Shown here one piece after another: positions 38,801-51,257 of a DNA stretch of 64,000 bases (positions are counted from its first letter, which is position 1; the number at the start of each line of letters is the position of its first letter). Below the pieces are notes generated by a model that searched no databases, was not told the origin of the DNA, and saw only the letters and a list, made by a program, of their open reading frames with translations. The stretch is from Gekko japonicus (Eukaryota): NCBI RefSeq assembly GCF_001447785.1, contig NW_015173156.1:525067-589066 (forward strand). The letters are read 5' to 3'. A program made the position numbers and the translations under genes.

Positions 38801-39769
38801 CTACACACAAACATTAACAATTAGTATTGCACTCAAGCATTCCCTACATAAATCCTGATCACAATGCCTATGTAGATTTTTCACAGGATAAATTCCGATA
38901 GGCAAGTATATCTTGAAATTAAGTCCATCCCCTCACTCCGTACAGTTCCCACATGAAGACTTTGAATGTACAGCCTGATCCATTTGTGTTTATTCAAACA
39001 GAAGTCCCACAAAGGCTAACGAGAACTTTTATTATTTCTGAACTATATACCCAGCTTCATCACCCCAAGAAATCTTACTCCTATATACAGAATTTCAGCT
39101 TTAGTTTCCCGTATTTACATAATGTCTTCAGTAAAGCCAACTGCAGAGATGTACAGTATTTTCCTACACAATGAAAAGAAGTTTCACTAAACAGTGGGGT
39201 GCCTGGCAGAACTTTGAACAGCTGGCACAGTCAGTTGCCATAGAAATGCTGGAGGTGGGAGAAGTGTCCCAAAAGTTAGCTTTCTAGTCTCACCGCAGTC
39301 ATCCCCTAGCTGCTGGTGACTTCTCTTTGCTGGATCCTATGTTGTCCCTGCCTGACTGGGGGGGAGGGTTCTCTGCTGCAAGTGTACCTCAGCAAAAGTA
39401 AATGGAGTTACTCAGATGTCTTCTCATGACAGTTCCAAAAGGTGTTAAGTCCTGGTGAATACTGCATTTGAAAGCTGAGAATTCAGCCTTGCAGAAACAT
39501 TACAGTATGGTCAAAACAGACACCAACCTTTCCACAGACATTTCCTAATTTTAACCACTGCAGTCCCACAACATTTGTATATCCACAAAACTGGATATGG
39601 AAGGCAAGAATCAGATTCTATAGTTATTGACTACAAAGTGGTTACACATAAACCACAACTCTAGCAACCAGAGAAGGGAGGAATGTAGCCAGAGGCAGAT
39701 CCTTCTCCTGAAGCCTCTTCTCAGTGAACCAACTGGAAAAACTTTGCTACACAAATGACAGAAGACAAC

Positions 39770-39975
39770 CAGTGTTCCCTCTAAGCCGAGTTAGTGTGAG
39801 CTAGCTCACAGTTTCTTAGCCTCCAGTTCACACATTTTTGTCTCAGCTAAGGAAGGATGGCTCCAGAGCAAACTAATTTAGGCAGCAGCCAAATGGCTCG
39901 CTCACAACTTTCATGCCAGCAGCTCACAAAGTAGAATTTTTGCTCACAGGACTCCACTGCTTAGAGGGAGCATTG
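39770..39975 (+). mobile_element. 206-bp hAT-like MITE
   Basis: Same TIRs; TSD aagacaac/atgacaac. Confidence 0.88.
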
Positions 39976-40448
39976 ATGACAACTGCCTGATATAACTAGG
40001 CAACATGGTAAAACCTGGCAAAGATGTACCTGACAACATAATGCAACTACTTGTTCCTGCAGCTACAACTGGGCATAATACAAACTCTGGTAAATAGGGA
40101 ACTCTTCGATAAACTGTCTAAAATATGATCAATGGAGGCAATTAATGCAACATCTGTATGGCAGTGTGTTACAATCTGGACTTTTTGAGAATGCAGGCAT
40201 ATTGCTTTGTTTGCATATGAAGTTGTATTAAGCCATTGCTGTTCAACTGTTTGGTGACACAATTAACTAATACTAAACAGATCTGTAAGGCTTTTGTGTT
40301 GTTGCTGTTGTTTTTTAAGTTTCTCCCCCAAGACTCCAAAAGGATGGTTAACGGAATATTTGTGTGATATGAGGCAGAAATTTCAAAAAGTAATAAAGAC
40401 ATACACACATATGCACCTTTTACCATCAGCACGAAAGTTAGTTAATAC

Positions 40449-40517
40449 CTGTAAATGGATCTGCTGCAGGTTCTGCACTGGATCCTGAAGATGTACCTGG
40501 AACATAGCGGCCACCAC
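40449..40517 (-). CDS. PLAA: PLAA exon 10 (GGGRYVPGTSSGSSAEPAADPFT)
   Basis: ccgtag| acceptor, |GTATTA donor; 69 nt, phase 1-1. Confidence 0.93.
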
Positions 40518-40794
40518 CTACGGAAAAACACACCCAAATGCTTGTTATCCGGTATACACTATTAAAACACAGAATCTACCCCGTCCCATTGCAACTAAAT
40601 ATTCAAAAGATATCTTCACATACCTACAAGCTTAGTTCTTTAAAATATGAAAAAGCAAATACATGCTTCACAGCACAGCTGGGAGCATCAGTCATCATAC
40701 ATTATGTACATTGAAATAGAGTAACTGCCTTATCAGCCGTTCATATGTCAGAAGCAAGGAGGCAAATTAATAGCAGCTTAGTGCTTTCATTTAC

Positions 40795-41014
40795 CTGTGA
40801 AAGGATCTGAAAATTCAGCAGTCATATTCCCCAGTGTTTTCCCTTTGGTGTTGTCGATTATGAATTTGGCCACTTGATCCAGGAACATGGGATTTAGATC
40901 GTTCTTCTGCAGGAAATTGTATGCAGTCAGCCATGGATCTTCGCTGATGTTGTATGGCAGCTTGTAGGAAGGTCCACTTTCATTCACATCAATAGTGAAA
41001 ACGAAATCATACTC
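40795..41014 (-). CDS. PLAA: PLAA exon 9 ([22 protein letters not shown]...[12 protein letters not shown]...SDPFT), PFU domain
   Basis: ataaag| acceptor, |GTAAAT donor; 220 nt. Confidence 0.93.
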
Positions 41015-41212
41015 CTTTATATGGAAGGCAAAGCATACATTAAGAATGGGATGGGGCGACAAAACGAGTTACACAGTTTCATACGTGTTTTAACTGTGAG
41101 TTTTAGCTTTTAGAAGAATAAAGATCTGCTGCTTGAAATTGTAAAATAAGATTGTCTTGATTAGTAAACTACAAGGAAGAAAATAGGAAAATAGGAGTGA
41201 AAGAGTATAAGG

Positions 41213-41370
41213 CAATCCTTCAAACAAAACTTTCCCAGATGTTTGCTGCGTGGCTCCAGAAGAGCCAACGACATCCCCTATTTTCATCCATCTTTCTTCA
41301 TTCATGCTCCACTGATAAGCTTCAACTTTCCCATCAATTTTAATAAGCCTTGTCTGTCCATCCCTTGTAC
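41213..41370 (-). CDS. PLAA: PLAA exon 8 ([52 protein letters not shown]); 3' boundary uncertain, no GT donor
   Basis: ttcaag| acceptor; PFU-domain start. The sequence after GAA GGA is TTGCCTTAT, not a GT donor (see findings). Confidence 0.85.
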
Positions 41371-41419
41371 CTTGAAGCACAAACACAAGGGAAAAATAAA
41401 CTGTAGACCTAAACACACA

Positions 41420-42545
41420 CAACATTCAACTGCCAGTATTTATTTACAAAAAGTGCACCCGCCTTTCTGCCCTCACAAAGGCCACCAAGGCAATAAACAA
41501 TTTAAAACATACACGATAAAACCACATTTTTAAACCGTTAAAAATCACCCCCCCAAAAAAACCCACGCATCATTAAAACAATTTGAAACAGAGCTAAAAT
41601 AGGTACAAAACATAAAAATAGCTATTAAAGCACTGGTCGGGAAGGAGGGATCACTGAGGGAATGCCAAACAAAAGACAGCAGCAGAAGGGGACAGACAAG
41701 TCTCCCTGAGGAGGGAGCTCCGGTGCCCTGACTGAGAAGGCCCCCTTCCCAGGCGGCCAGCCGCCTAATCTCAGAAGGCGGGGGCACCCAAAGACGACCA
41801 TAGTGGTTGGGTAGGTTCATAAGGGAGTAGGCATTCATCCTAGCACGTTGGACCCAAACCATATAGGGCTTTGAAGGTCAAGACCAGCATCTTGGGGAAT
41901 AGTGTATGACTGGCTAAAGATATGGAAAAGTTAGTCATTAAAGAATGGAATGCTAGTAGATGATATTAGAGGTAGGATGAATTTATTTTTAGATTAATTT
42001 GAATTCCGTATCGAAAAATGTTAATCGTAAAGACTTTGCTTTGTTATGTATATGAGATATATGACGAATTTATGTCTACATCTTATTTGTACTTTATATT
42101 GGAAATTGTAAACTACAAGGACTATGCAATGTTATGCAAAAGGAAAATGGAAAATAAATTTATTTTAAAAAAGACCAGCATCTTGAATTATGCCCAGAAA
42201 CAGATTCGGAGCCAGTGTAGTTGGGCCAAGACTGGAGCAATATGGTCCCTACAACCCACTCCAGTCAACAGTCTGGCTGCAGCATTCTGTACCAACTGAA
42301 GTTTCCGAACAGTTTTCAAGGGCAGCCCCACAGAGAGCGCATTGTAGTCATCTAATATCGATGAAACCAGGGCTCCACCACAGTGGCCAGATCTTTTATG
42401 CCCGGGAAAGGCTGCAACTGACTAACCCACTGAAGCTGGTAAAAGGCTATCCAGAACTGCTGACACCTTAAATCCAAGGTCAGACCTTTCTCCCACCAGC
42501 AGCACTTCCATCTTCCTGGGATTAAGTTTCAGTTCATTAGCTACA
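41420..42545 (-). mobile_element. L2-type LINE 3' fragment, interrupted at 41895-42170
   Basis: LDYN-like, VQNAAARLL and RAYMVW..R segments typical of L2 ORF2; boundaries approximate. Confidence 0.65.
41895..42170 (+). mobile_element. 5'-truncated L1-type retroposed insert
   Basis: 15-bp TSD AAGACCAGCATCTTG (41880-41894, 42171-42185); ends AATAAA + A-rich tail. Confidence 0.75.
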
Positions 42546-43347
42546 TCTATTTTTCTCCTACTCAAGAATAAATAGCTTCAAATCTTTGTGGGATAAGAAG
42601 TTAAAAAGCTTTTAGAAAGAACCTTTCTGACTTTAACAGAATTATGCTATCTTTGATTCAATGGTGCCCAAGCATGGCTGCTAGGTACAGGCAGAACTTT
42701 CAGGAAAACAGCACTAGTACCAGCGTTATGAAAAGCCACGGGAGCAAATGTGCACACAGCATCTGCTGGCACATGAGTACCTCTTGGGATGGAGAGACCC
42801 AATTACACCAAAGACAAGTGGGAAAAGCTATGCTTGTGCTGTGGTGACGTTGACCACACTGCTGTTTTAGTGCTCCGCCTTCATCATTCATCTACCTGCC
42901 TGGCCCAACCTATTCCTTCCTGTTCACTCATTCACTCTGTCACCTTCCCACTCACTCAACTGTCTTTTACCTTATCCTGTTTCCTTAGTTCCTCCCCCTT
43001 TCCTGCTACCTATAAATTCATGGTCTTCTTTCTTCCCTGTATTTTACCTGATTCACCTCTCCCATTCTCTCCTAGCCTGTTCTCCCCCACAAAGCCTCTC
43101 CCCACATTCTTTTCCTCCATTTTTCTCCATCCCTCCAGTGTATTCTATCTCAGCTCCTCGTCCTACGGTCACAGATTTCATTCATTTTAGTCCTGCTCTT
43201 TACAGCGGCTTCTTTACCTGTCCTTTACCCTCTCCTCCCTCACATTTATCACCACCTTGCAGCTGTCTCATCCTATTGACCCCTCGTTGGGGGTAAAAAT
43301 GTTTTTTCCCTAGGAGCCTCAAGCCTGTGGATTTTCACTTTGGAAGG

Positions 43348-44055
43348 AATCCCACAGAGACAAGGGACTTCCCCACTGCATTCTCTTCTCGTTCCTGTGT
43401 GGTAGCAGAGCCTGCTAAGGATGGAAGAGGGGGATGTTCAGTAGGATGGGCTCGTTCAAGAAAACACGAAACTAAATCTTATCTGCTAATTGCCAGCTCA
43501 AGACCAATGCCCAGAACAGGAGGTGCTGGAGCTCAAAATCTTGCCATCAGCTCTGGAAGCAATTTCCTCCAATCCCCAAAACATCAGTTAATCAAAGTGA
43601 TGCACGCTTTTCTTATGCTCAGAGGTACCTGTTACTTCACATGCCTCTGAGTTGGACTCAAGTCACTCACTCACTCCATCGCGTCCTTTGATTGCCAGCT
43701 TCAGCAAAAGCTTGTTATGTTTCACACTGGTGAGGGGATTGTAGAAGTCTTTCCTCTGTAGGCTTCTGCAATAATCCCACAGAGACAAGGGACTTCCCCA
43801 CTGCATTCTCTTCTTGTTCCCGTGTTGTAGCAGAGCCTGCTAAGGATGGAAGAGGGGAAGTTCAGTAGGATGGGCTGGTTCAAGAAAACACGGAACTAAA
43901 TCTTATCTGCTCATTGCCAGCTCAAGACCAATGCCCAGAATAGGAGGTGCTGGAGCTCAAAATCATGCCATCAGCTCTGGAAGCAATTTCTTCCAATCCC
44001 CAAAACATCAGCTAATCAAAGTGATGCACGCTTTTCTTATGCTCAGAGGTACCTG
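43348..44055. repeat. Two ~284-bp direct repeats (43348-43631, 43773-44055) separated by 141 bp
   Basis: Visual alignment, very high identity. Confidence 0.9.
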
Positions 44056-45103
44056 ATACGTGGCACATAGACAATTCAGGCAGCAGCAAGGAATATAGTA
44101 ACTTTGCCCCATATTTCTGTGGGTACATGCATAACATTGGGCACTGCACCTTAAGATAAGCTTCGCAAGAGATCTCTGCTGTCAAACTTTAGAATTTACA
44201 GCACAGCAAATCAGCGACAATCAGAGAATGCCTAAAAATAAAACTATGATGCTTTTACTTTTACAAAAGATTGGGTTGCAAGCCTGAAGTACATAGTACT
44301 AGGAGACATCCTCAGTATACTGACTAAATAAACACGCACACTTAAAGAACATAAGTTTTACCACCACGATAGTGTTGAAGACAGACATGTCTGAGTTTTA
44401 AAATTTATAAGACAAGCTCCCTGAACTAGTATCACAGAATTTCCCAGGCCTCTATGGACCCACTTATCAGACCCTGACAGGGTCTGTTTCTGTGGCCCGA
44501 TATGTCCTAGATGAAAAAGGATATCTGTCTGCAAAAGGCCATCAGCTTACATCAATAATTTCTATACACTGTGCTGGGGTACAGTAGGGTAGATATGGGG
44601 TCATAACCAAATACAGTTACAAATATAAAGTGATATTTTTGCAATCTTTGCATTGGATCCTCAGAACCACAAGCAGAAGCTCTCATTATGGATGAAAGCT
44701 CATCTCTCAGCCTTCTGCAAGCCTCTAAACAACCCAAAAAGCTGTTCCTACAGGCAGGGGACCCTCAAGAACAGTGCAGGATGGAGCATATTAGGTTGTT
44801 TCCCTAGTGGGGGAAAATCCACAGAAATCACAGACTCCCTTGTATGAGCAAAACTGACTCCAGCTCATGCAAAAGCACCTTTGGATCCAACTCAATGACA
44901 TGGCTGGGAATGTTCTTTACATTTAGTTCTCATGCATTCCATTACCATTATAGAATGGACTACAAATCTGTCTGAAAAAGACAGAAACAGGTAATTTAGC
45001 AATTAAAGTGTTTGAGCATGCAGATTAAACAGCTTTTTTGCTTTTTGTATTTGATCCCATCCCTGCAATCTAAAAACATTGTCATAGAAACCGAGAATTA
45101 TAC

Positions 45104-45273
45104 CTGGTTCATTCAAATGCTCAATACCAGGAAGATCCTCAGCATCAATGTCCCCTAGATCACCGGTTTTAGATTCCACTGTTGATTGAGAAAGCTCCTT
45201 TTCAAAAGCCTGCATCTCCTCCAGATTTGCTGTGCGCTCCAAAGACTCTGTAAACACTCTGATGATGCCATCA
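45104..45273 (-). CDS. PLAA: PLAA exon 7 ([16 protein letters not shown]...[10 protein letters not shown])
   Basis: ccttcag| acceptor, |GTATAA donor; 170 nt. Confidence 0.95.
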
Positions 45274-45364
45274 CTGAAGGAAGACAGAAAATATTTGTTA
45301 CCCGCAGGAAACAGCCCTGTCCAAGATGTTTACACTGAATCTTAAAACAGAGCTTATAGATTAA

Positions 45365-45775
45365 CTAGAAATAAGGCCCGTTGTGGAAATAAATACAACG
45401 AGATCTAGAAAGAGGCTCTGGGAGAGTGCTCTGGCTTTGGGCAAACAGTGTCAGTCTGCTTTTAAAACATGAAACACACACACACACAGCCTCTGCCTAG
45501 GGAGCAGCTGACATCATTCTCCTCTCCCAACTGAAAATTCCAACTGCCTTGGGGGGGGGGGGGAGTTTGAGGTGTGGAATGGAGTGAAGTCCAATCAGCT
45601 TCCATATGCAAAAGACCAGGTTGTCGCAGCACTTGTGGTGTGGGCGGGACCCGGGCTTTGCCTTCTGATTGGTGGCGATATATGCTGAGGAGCAGTGCCA
45701 TCAGCCATACACTAAGCCATACATTTTAGAATTAGAACTTTGGCACCCACTATTCAATTATATATAAAGGAGAGA
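45365..45775 (-). mobile_element. Non-autonomous Helitron-like element
   Basis: Minus strand begins A|TC, ends CTAG|T, subterminal hairpin cgttgt..acaacg; no TSD. Confidence 0.7.
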
Positions 45776-46210
45776 TTTCCATCTTTATAGCACTGGCATT
45801 TACCCTATTATGAGAGATGGCAAGCTCTGACCTGGCTGGCCCAGGCTAGCCTGAGCTCATCAGATCTTGGAAACGAGCAGAGTTGGCCCTGGTTTGGACT
45901 TGGATGGGAGACCATCAAGGAACCTCAAGGTCACTGTGGAGAGGCAGGCAATGACAAACCACCTGTTGGGTGTCTTGCCTTGATATCCCTACAGAGTTGC
46001 CACACTGCCGGCAACTCGAGGGCACTTTCCATTACCACCAAGAGATGGCAGAGCAAATAGAACATAGGATAGATCTGATTTCAGAATAATAAGCAAAATG
46101 TAACAGGTGTAGGTAAACGTCAGTCTTCCATGGTGTACTGTTTCTTTTTTACACTAGAATATGTTCAAATTTACAAGGCAAGAATGATGTGGTGGGATCC
46201 CATGGAAGAT

Positions 46211-46308
46211 TTCTGACTGTGCAACAGTCTTTGAGCAAGTTCAGACACTAAAATTAGGTCTGATTGTGCAACAGTTCTTCTTTGAGCAAGTTCAGACACT
46301 AAAATTAG
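46211..46308. repeat. ~48-bp tandem duplication
   Basis: tctga.tgtgcaacagt..ctttgagcaagttcagacactaaaattag x2. Confidence 0.8.
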
Positions 46309-47039
46309 ACCCATCTGCTTGTACCAAGGAACTGTATCCCTACTAACTTTTCTGCATCCACCGGATATAACACAAGATATTTCATCTAATAGTTTCAAAC
46401 ACAAATTAAGATAAAATCATGTGAACCAGAAGTTGCTCCATAGGCACTTTATTTCATTAAAAACGATGTGGGTTTGCACAATACAAAAGAATTCCTTTGC
46501 TGGACCACAGCACCACGCTGGTCAGAAGGGCCTTCCACTGTTGGTCTCCAGCTCCTCGTAACGTGAAATATACTACTACGAACACTGAAGTTTCATAGCA
46601 AACTCTTAGGGCCAACAGCTATTGATAAACTTGTCCTTCTTGTGTTCCCTTCCTCAAGGGTCTCTCCACTTTATGGCTTAAAACCAGACTAGATGTTTCA
46701 ACGAGTGCAAGCATTTTCACTGATGGACTGCAATTCTTCCGCCTCCCCCTGCCAGCATAGCCCAAAGTACCCTCCAAAATTCTGTGCTGTTGGGAGAGGG
46801 CACCTCCTGTCTCCAAAATGGAAGTGAGGATGGGAGCACAAGTTAGCTGCCCACTACGGCTCATGGAAGTTTCCTGTGCTTAGCATGAAACCCATCAGAT
46901 TTTGTCCAATTATTTCTTATTTTATCTAACCACTGAAATGCATGAAATTATCTACACAATGGACACAGTACAAACACCACCTGTATTCAGCCTGCCTTGA
47001 TGCTTTGCCTACTGCATTAGTTGACTGAGCTTTGGATAC

Positions 47040-47175
47040 CTTGCTCCAACAACAATGTCTCCATTTTCTAACACACAGCAGCACCAAATAGACTGAGCTG
47101 GAAGTCTGATCGTCTGTACGCATTCTCCATGCCTCCAGATTCTGACAGATCGATCCTCACCAGTGGTAACAAATT
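47040..47175 (-). CDS. PLAA: PLAA exon 6 ([45 protein letters not shown])
   Basis: ttttag| acceptor, |GTATCC donor; 136 nt. Confidence 0.95.
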
Positions 47176-47266
47176 CTAAAATGAGAAAACATGTAATTCT
47201 GTCAATATATAATCCTGTGGGTTTTTTTCATTTTTTTTTATAAGTATCTGACAGCCACAAGCTTAC

Positions 47267-47434
47267 CTTTACTGTTTGGAAAGACAGATATGCAGTAAAT
47301 ATAATTTGTGTGCCCATAATAAACTTCAAGACACTCGCCAGATATCTTCCACCTTCGAACACTGGCATCATTTGCACAAGAAAGAAACTCCATCTCACTT
47401 AAAATAGCCAAGCCTCTTACGCAATCTTCATGTC
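47267..47434 (-). CDS. PLAA: PLAA exon 5 ([29 protein letters not shown]...VFPNSK)
   Basis: aag| acceptor, |GTAAGC donor; 168 nt. Confidence 0.96.
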
Positions 47435-48610
47435 CTTTATGAAATGAAAAGTTCACAGATAAAATAGTCTTGTTATTAGCTGTTCACATTTATATCTTTT
47501 TAAAAGTTAAGAACATAAGAAACGCCAATGTTGGATCAGGCCAAAGGCCCATTCAGTCCAACACTCTGTATCACACAGTGGCCAGAAATACCAGTGCCAT
47601 CAGGAGGTCCACCAGTGGGGCCACTGTTGATAGTCATCAGGCATAAATTGCTAAATATAATAATATTTTAATCTCTGAAACCACTACACTGATTAGCAAT
47701 ATGATCTTACCTCTCCCAGTCAGTGAAATATGCAGCCTTAAAACTACTGTTGCACAAGTGAGAAGTCAGCTACCTTTTCTATGTACAGACATCACTATTA
47801 TTCATGTATTTGTAACTTCAAACCACTACACATCATGCATATGCTGAACAAAGACACAAAGCTACAGCTGGCACTCCATACAATGGCTCAGCTTCTGTCC
47901 TTCTGTAATCCCTGGGTACATATGATGCTGGTGCTTCAGTGTGAGCATAAGGATATACTGGAAACCAAACATTTACTGTACTGTACGTACTGCTCTAACA
48001 TGAGATGGAAAGGTATTCTCAGCGATTTCCCCTAAAGTATCCTACAGATGTGTTCATCTGTGGCATTTTAACAGACTATGTTTCCACCAGAAAGCTGTAT
48101 TATTAGGCCTGTCTATCCATTCAGGAACTTTTAGTTGATCACCTGCCTCTTAAACTAATTTGATTAAAGTTTGCACATTGCCATACCTCCATATAGATAT
48201 TTCTGAAATATTGAAAGAAGAGCAGATCACTTAGAACTGAACAGCAAAAAGCCATTTTTGTTGCAAGAAAACCTTTAATATAAGATGTACAATGAAAATA
48301 GCCTCAAATATGATTCTGACTCACGGCTTAACTCATTAAGTTTAGTCTTTGCAAGTTGACCGATTAATTAACAAATTAATTAATTAACAAAATGACACAT
48401 ATTAAAGAGGGCAGTGATGCTGAAAATAGGGCAGAAAAGGGTACCCCAAAACACCTAAGGATATCCCTTCTAGCTAGAAAACTGAAATCTGATACACAGG
48501 AAGCCTAAAGTACTTGATTACTAGAAGATTCTGAAAACAAGATATTTGTATATCTATTGGCCAAAATTCTGAATGGGGGAGGGAGTGGGACTTCTCATAA
48601 TAGTCAAGAA

Positions 48611-49275
48611 TAGGGGTGTGCAAAAAAAAGAAAGGTTTTTTTCCAGGTTCAGGTAAACAGAACCTGAAAAACATCAGTGTTTCCCAATATTCCCGAATCA
48701 TACCAATATTGGTATTCGAGAAATAACCAGGATTGTCGCATTTATTCAGCTCCATTATACCCTATGGGGACAGTCCCCATACAGTATAATGGAGAAGGGG
48801 GTGGGTGAACTCACGCCGCTTCCAAATTCACTCGTGCATGGCTTGGCTTTGCAAAAGTCATTTAAAGAGAACTTTCCCTTTAAATGACTTTTGCAGAGCC
48901 AAGCCATGCGTCAGGGAACTCAGAAACAGTGCAAGTTCACCCACCTTCCGGGGAAAGTTCCCTTTAAATGACTTTTGCAAAGCCAAGCCAGCCCATGCCG
49001 CTGCCACGGCAAGACATGGGAAAGGTGGCAACATAACTTTACGAGTGAACTCCGAAGGCATTTAAAGTTTTAATGCCTTCCGACTTCAGTTCTAGTCTGT
49101 GAGTGAAGCTGAGCCCGAATAAAAGCTGAATATAATAGGCTTTTATTCAGGCTCAACTAGATCGGTAGCCGAATCAGATTAGAGAATCTGATTCAGCTGA
49201 AGAAATAGCCAAATAATACCGATAAGGTATTTGTCAGGTATTTATTCCAGTCAGAATACCAAGTACACCCCCCTA
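48611..49275. mobile_element. hAT-like non-autonomous element (TAGGGG termini) with internal palindromes
   Basis: taggggtgtgc/gtacacccccccta ends; flanks agtcaagaa/agacaagaa. Confidence 0.7.
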
Positions 49276-49419
49276 AGACAAGAATATTCCTACATTTTAG
49301 AATGCAGCTTTAAAAAATAGTTGATGAACTTGTCATAGCTCCTTTTCTCTCCAAGTTCTTAGCACAGGATGCAAAATTAAATACAAGGAGGTGGGGAAAG
49401 CCCTCACTGCCTCATTCTA

Positions 49420-49641
<222 letters not shown>

Positions 49642-49762
49642 CTATAAAGAAAAATATTATCAAAGCAGCCAAGAGACCACCTGGGGTTTTCTTTGTTTGG
49701 CTTTGTTTCTGAAGCACAATGAATTAGCTGTTGATAGTTATCTGTTGTCAAAGGGAGAGCTA

Positions 49763-49882
<120 letters not shown>

Positions 49883-50220
49883 TTAAATCAGCACAGTCAC
49901 ATTTCACTTTTAATCCTGACAAATCAGAAGAGATTTCCTGATAGATCAAACAAAGAAACTGCAGTGAGCCCATTTTTGATACGTTTCCAAATTGAACACA
50001 CCTAGTCTTATAACATCCTTCCACGGGGCATGTTTCCCTGCCTTGATTTCCATTTTTATTTATGTGCCTGAAACACTGAGAGGCAAGCATGTTTGACTGC
50101 AGAAAGAGTCTACACAAGACCTTAGAACAATAGTCGTGTGGGATAACATCCACTCGCCATGCTGTTCGTCATCTATTGCTCTCTCCTGCCACACTTTCCA
50201 AATGCCCCCCAACACTCTTT

Positions 50221-50669
50221 NNNNNNNNNNNNNNNNNNNNNNNNNNNNNNNNNNNNNNNNNNNNNNNNNNNNNNNNNNNNNNNNNNNNNNNNNNNNNNNN
50301 NNNNNNNNNNNNNNNNNNNNNNNNNNNNNNNNNNNNNNNNNNNNNNNNNNNNNNNNNNNNNNNNNNNNNNNNNNNNNNNNNNNNNNNNNNNNNNNNNNNN
50401 NNNNNNNNNNNNNNNNNNNNNNNNNNNNNNNNNNNNNNNNNNNNNNNNNNNNNNNNNNNNNNNNNNNNNNNNNNNNNNNNNNNNNNNNNNNNNNNNNNNN
50501 NNNNNNNNNNNNNNNNNNNNNNNNNNNNNNNNNNNNNNNNNNNNNNNNNNNNNNNNNNNNNNNNNNNNNNNNNNNNNNNNNNNNNNNNNNNNNNNNNNNN
50601 NNNNNNNNNNNNNNNNNNNNNNNNNNNNNNNNNNNNNNNNNNNNNNNNNNNNNNNNNNNNNNNNNNNNN
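50221..50669. other. Assembly gap (449 N) in PLAA intron 2, followed by low-complexity poly-C tracts
   Basis: N run; C homopolymers 50771-50836. Confidence 0.99.
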
Positions 50670-50769
50670 TGTGGCGGGAGGCCCACTTCCCTCTGGGCTC
50701 CCTGGGGATTATGCCGGTCTCTGGAGCTAATAACTCTGTTTCTAAACCAGGATCTCTAGTGCGATTTTT

Positions 50770-50807
<38 letters not shown>

Positions 50808-51257
50808 ACCTTTTTTTTCCCCCCCCCCCCCCCCCAGATTTTCTCTTGGGGAAAAGGAGAGAACTGGGAACACACATTTCCCCTAAAAATGGTTTTGGGG
50901 TTTCTTCCCCTCCCCCCTCAGAACTTCACATCTCTAGCACAGTATCATGCAATATGACCAATCACAGAGTATGAATAACATTCTCATTAACTCCAGTTAC
51001 AAAAACACCAGAACTTGCATCAATTGCAATGATAAAACTATAAGCAGTACCTATTCTGATGTTAACACAGCAATGCATATTGTTCTAACTAGACAGTACC
51101 AAAAATTAGTTCCAAGCTGATAAGACAACTTTTCGATGAGCACATGTGCAGCCACAGAAATGGGAGGAAAACAATGACAAATGAACAAACATACTGCAAG
51201 TTGCAGGATGTTTATTGCTTTGCAAGAGTGAGAAACACACATGGGGTGGAGTAAACT

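Noticed and set aside
50060-50974. Long ORFs of 184-271 aa
   Set aside because: Artefacts of the N gap and poly-C tracts; no PLAA exon is missing here because exons 2 and 3 join in phase.
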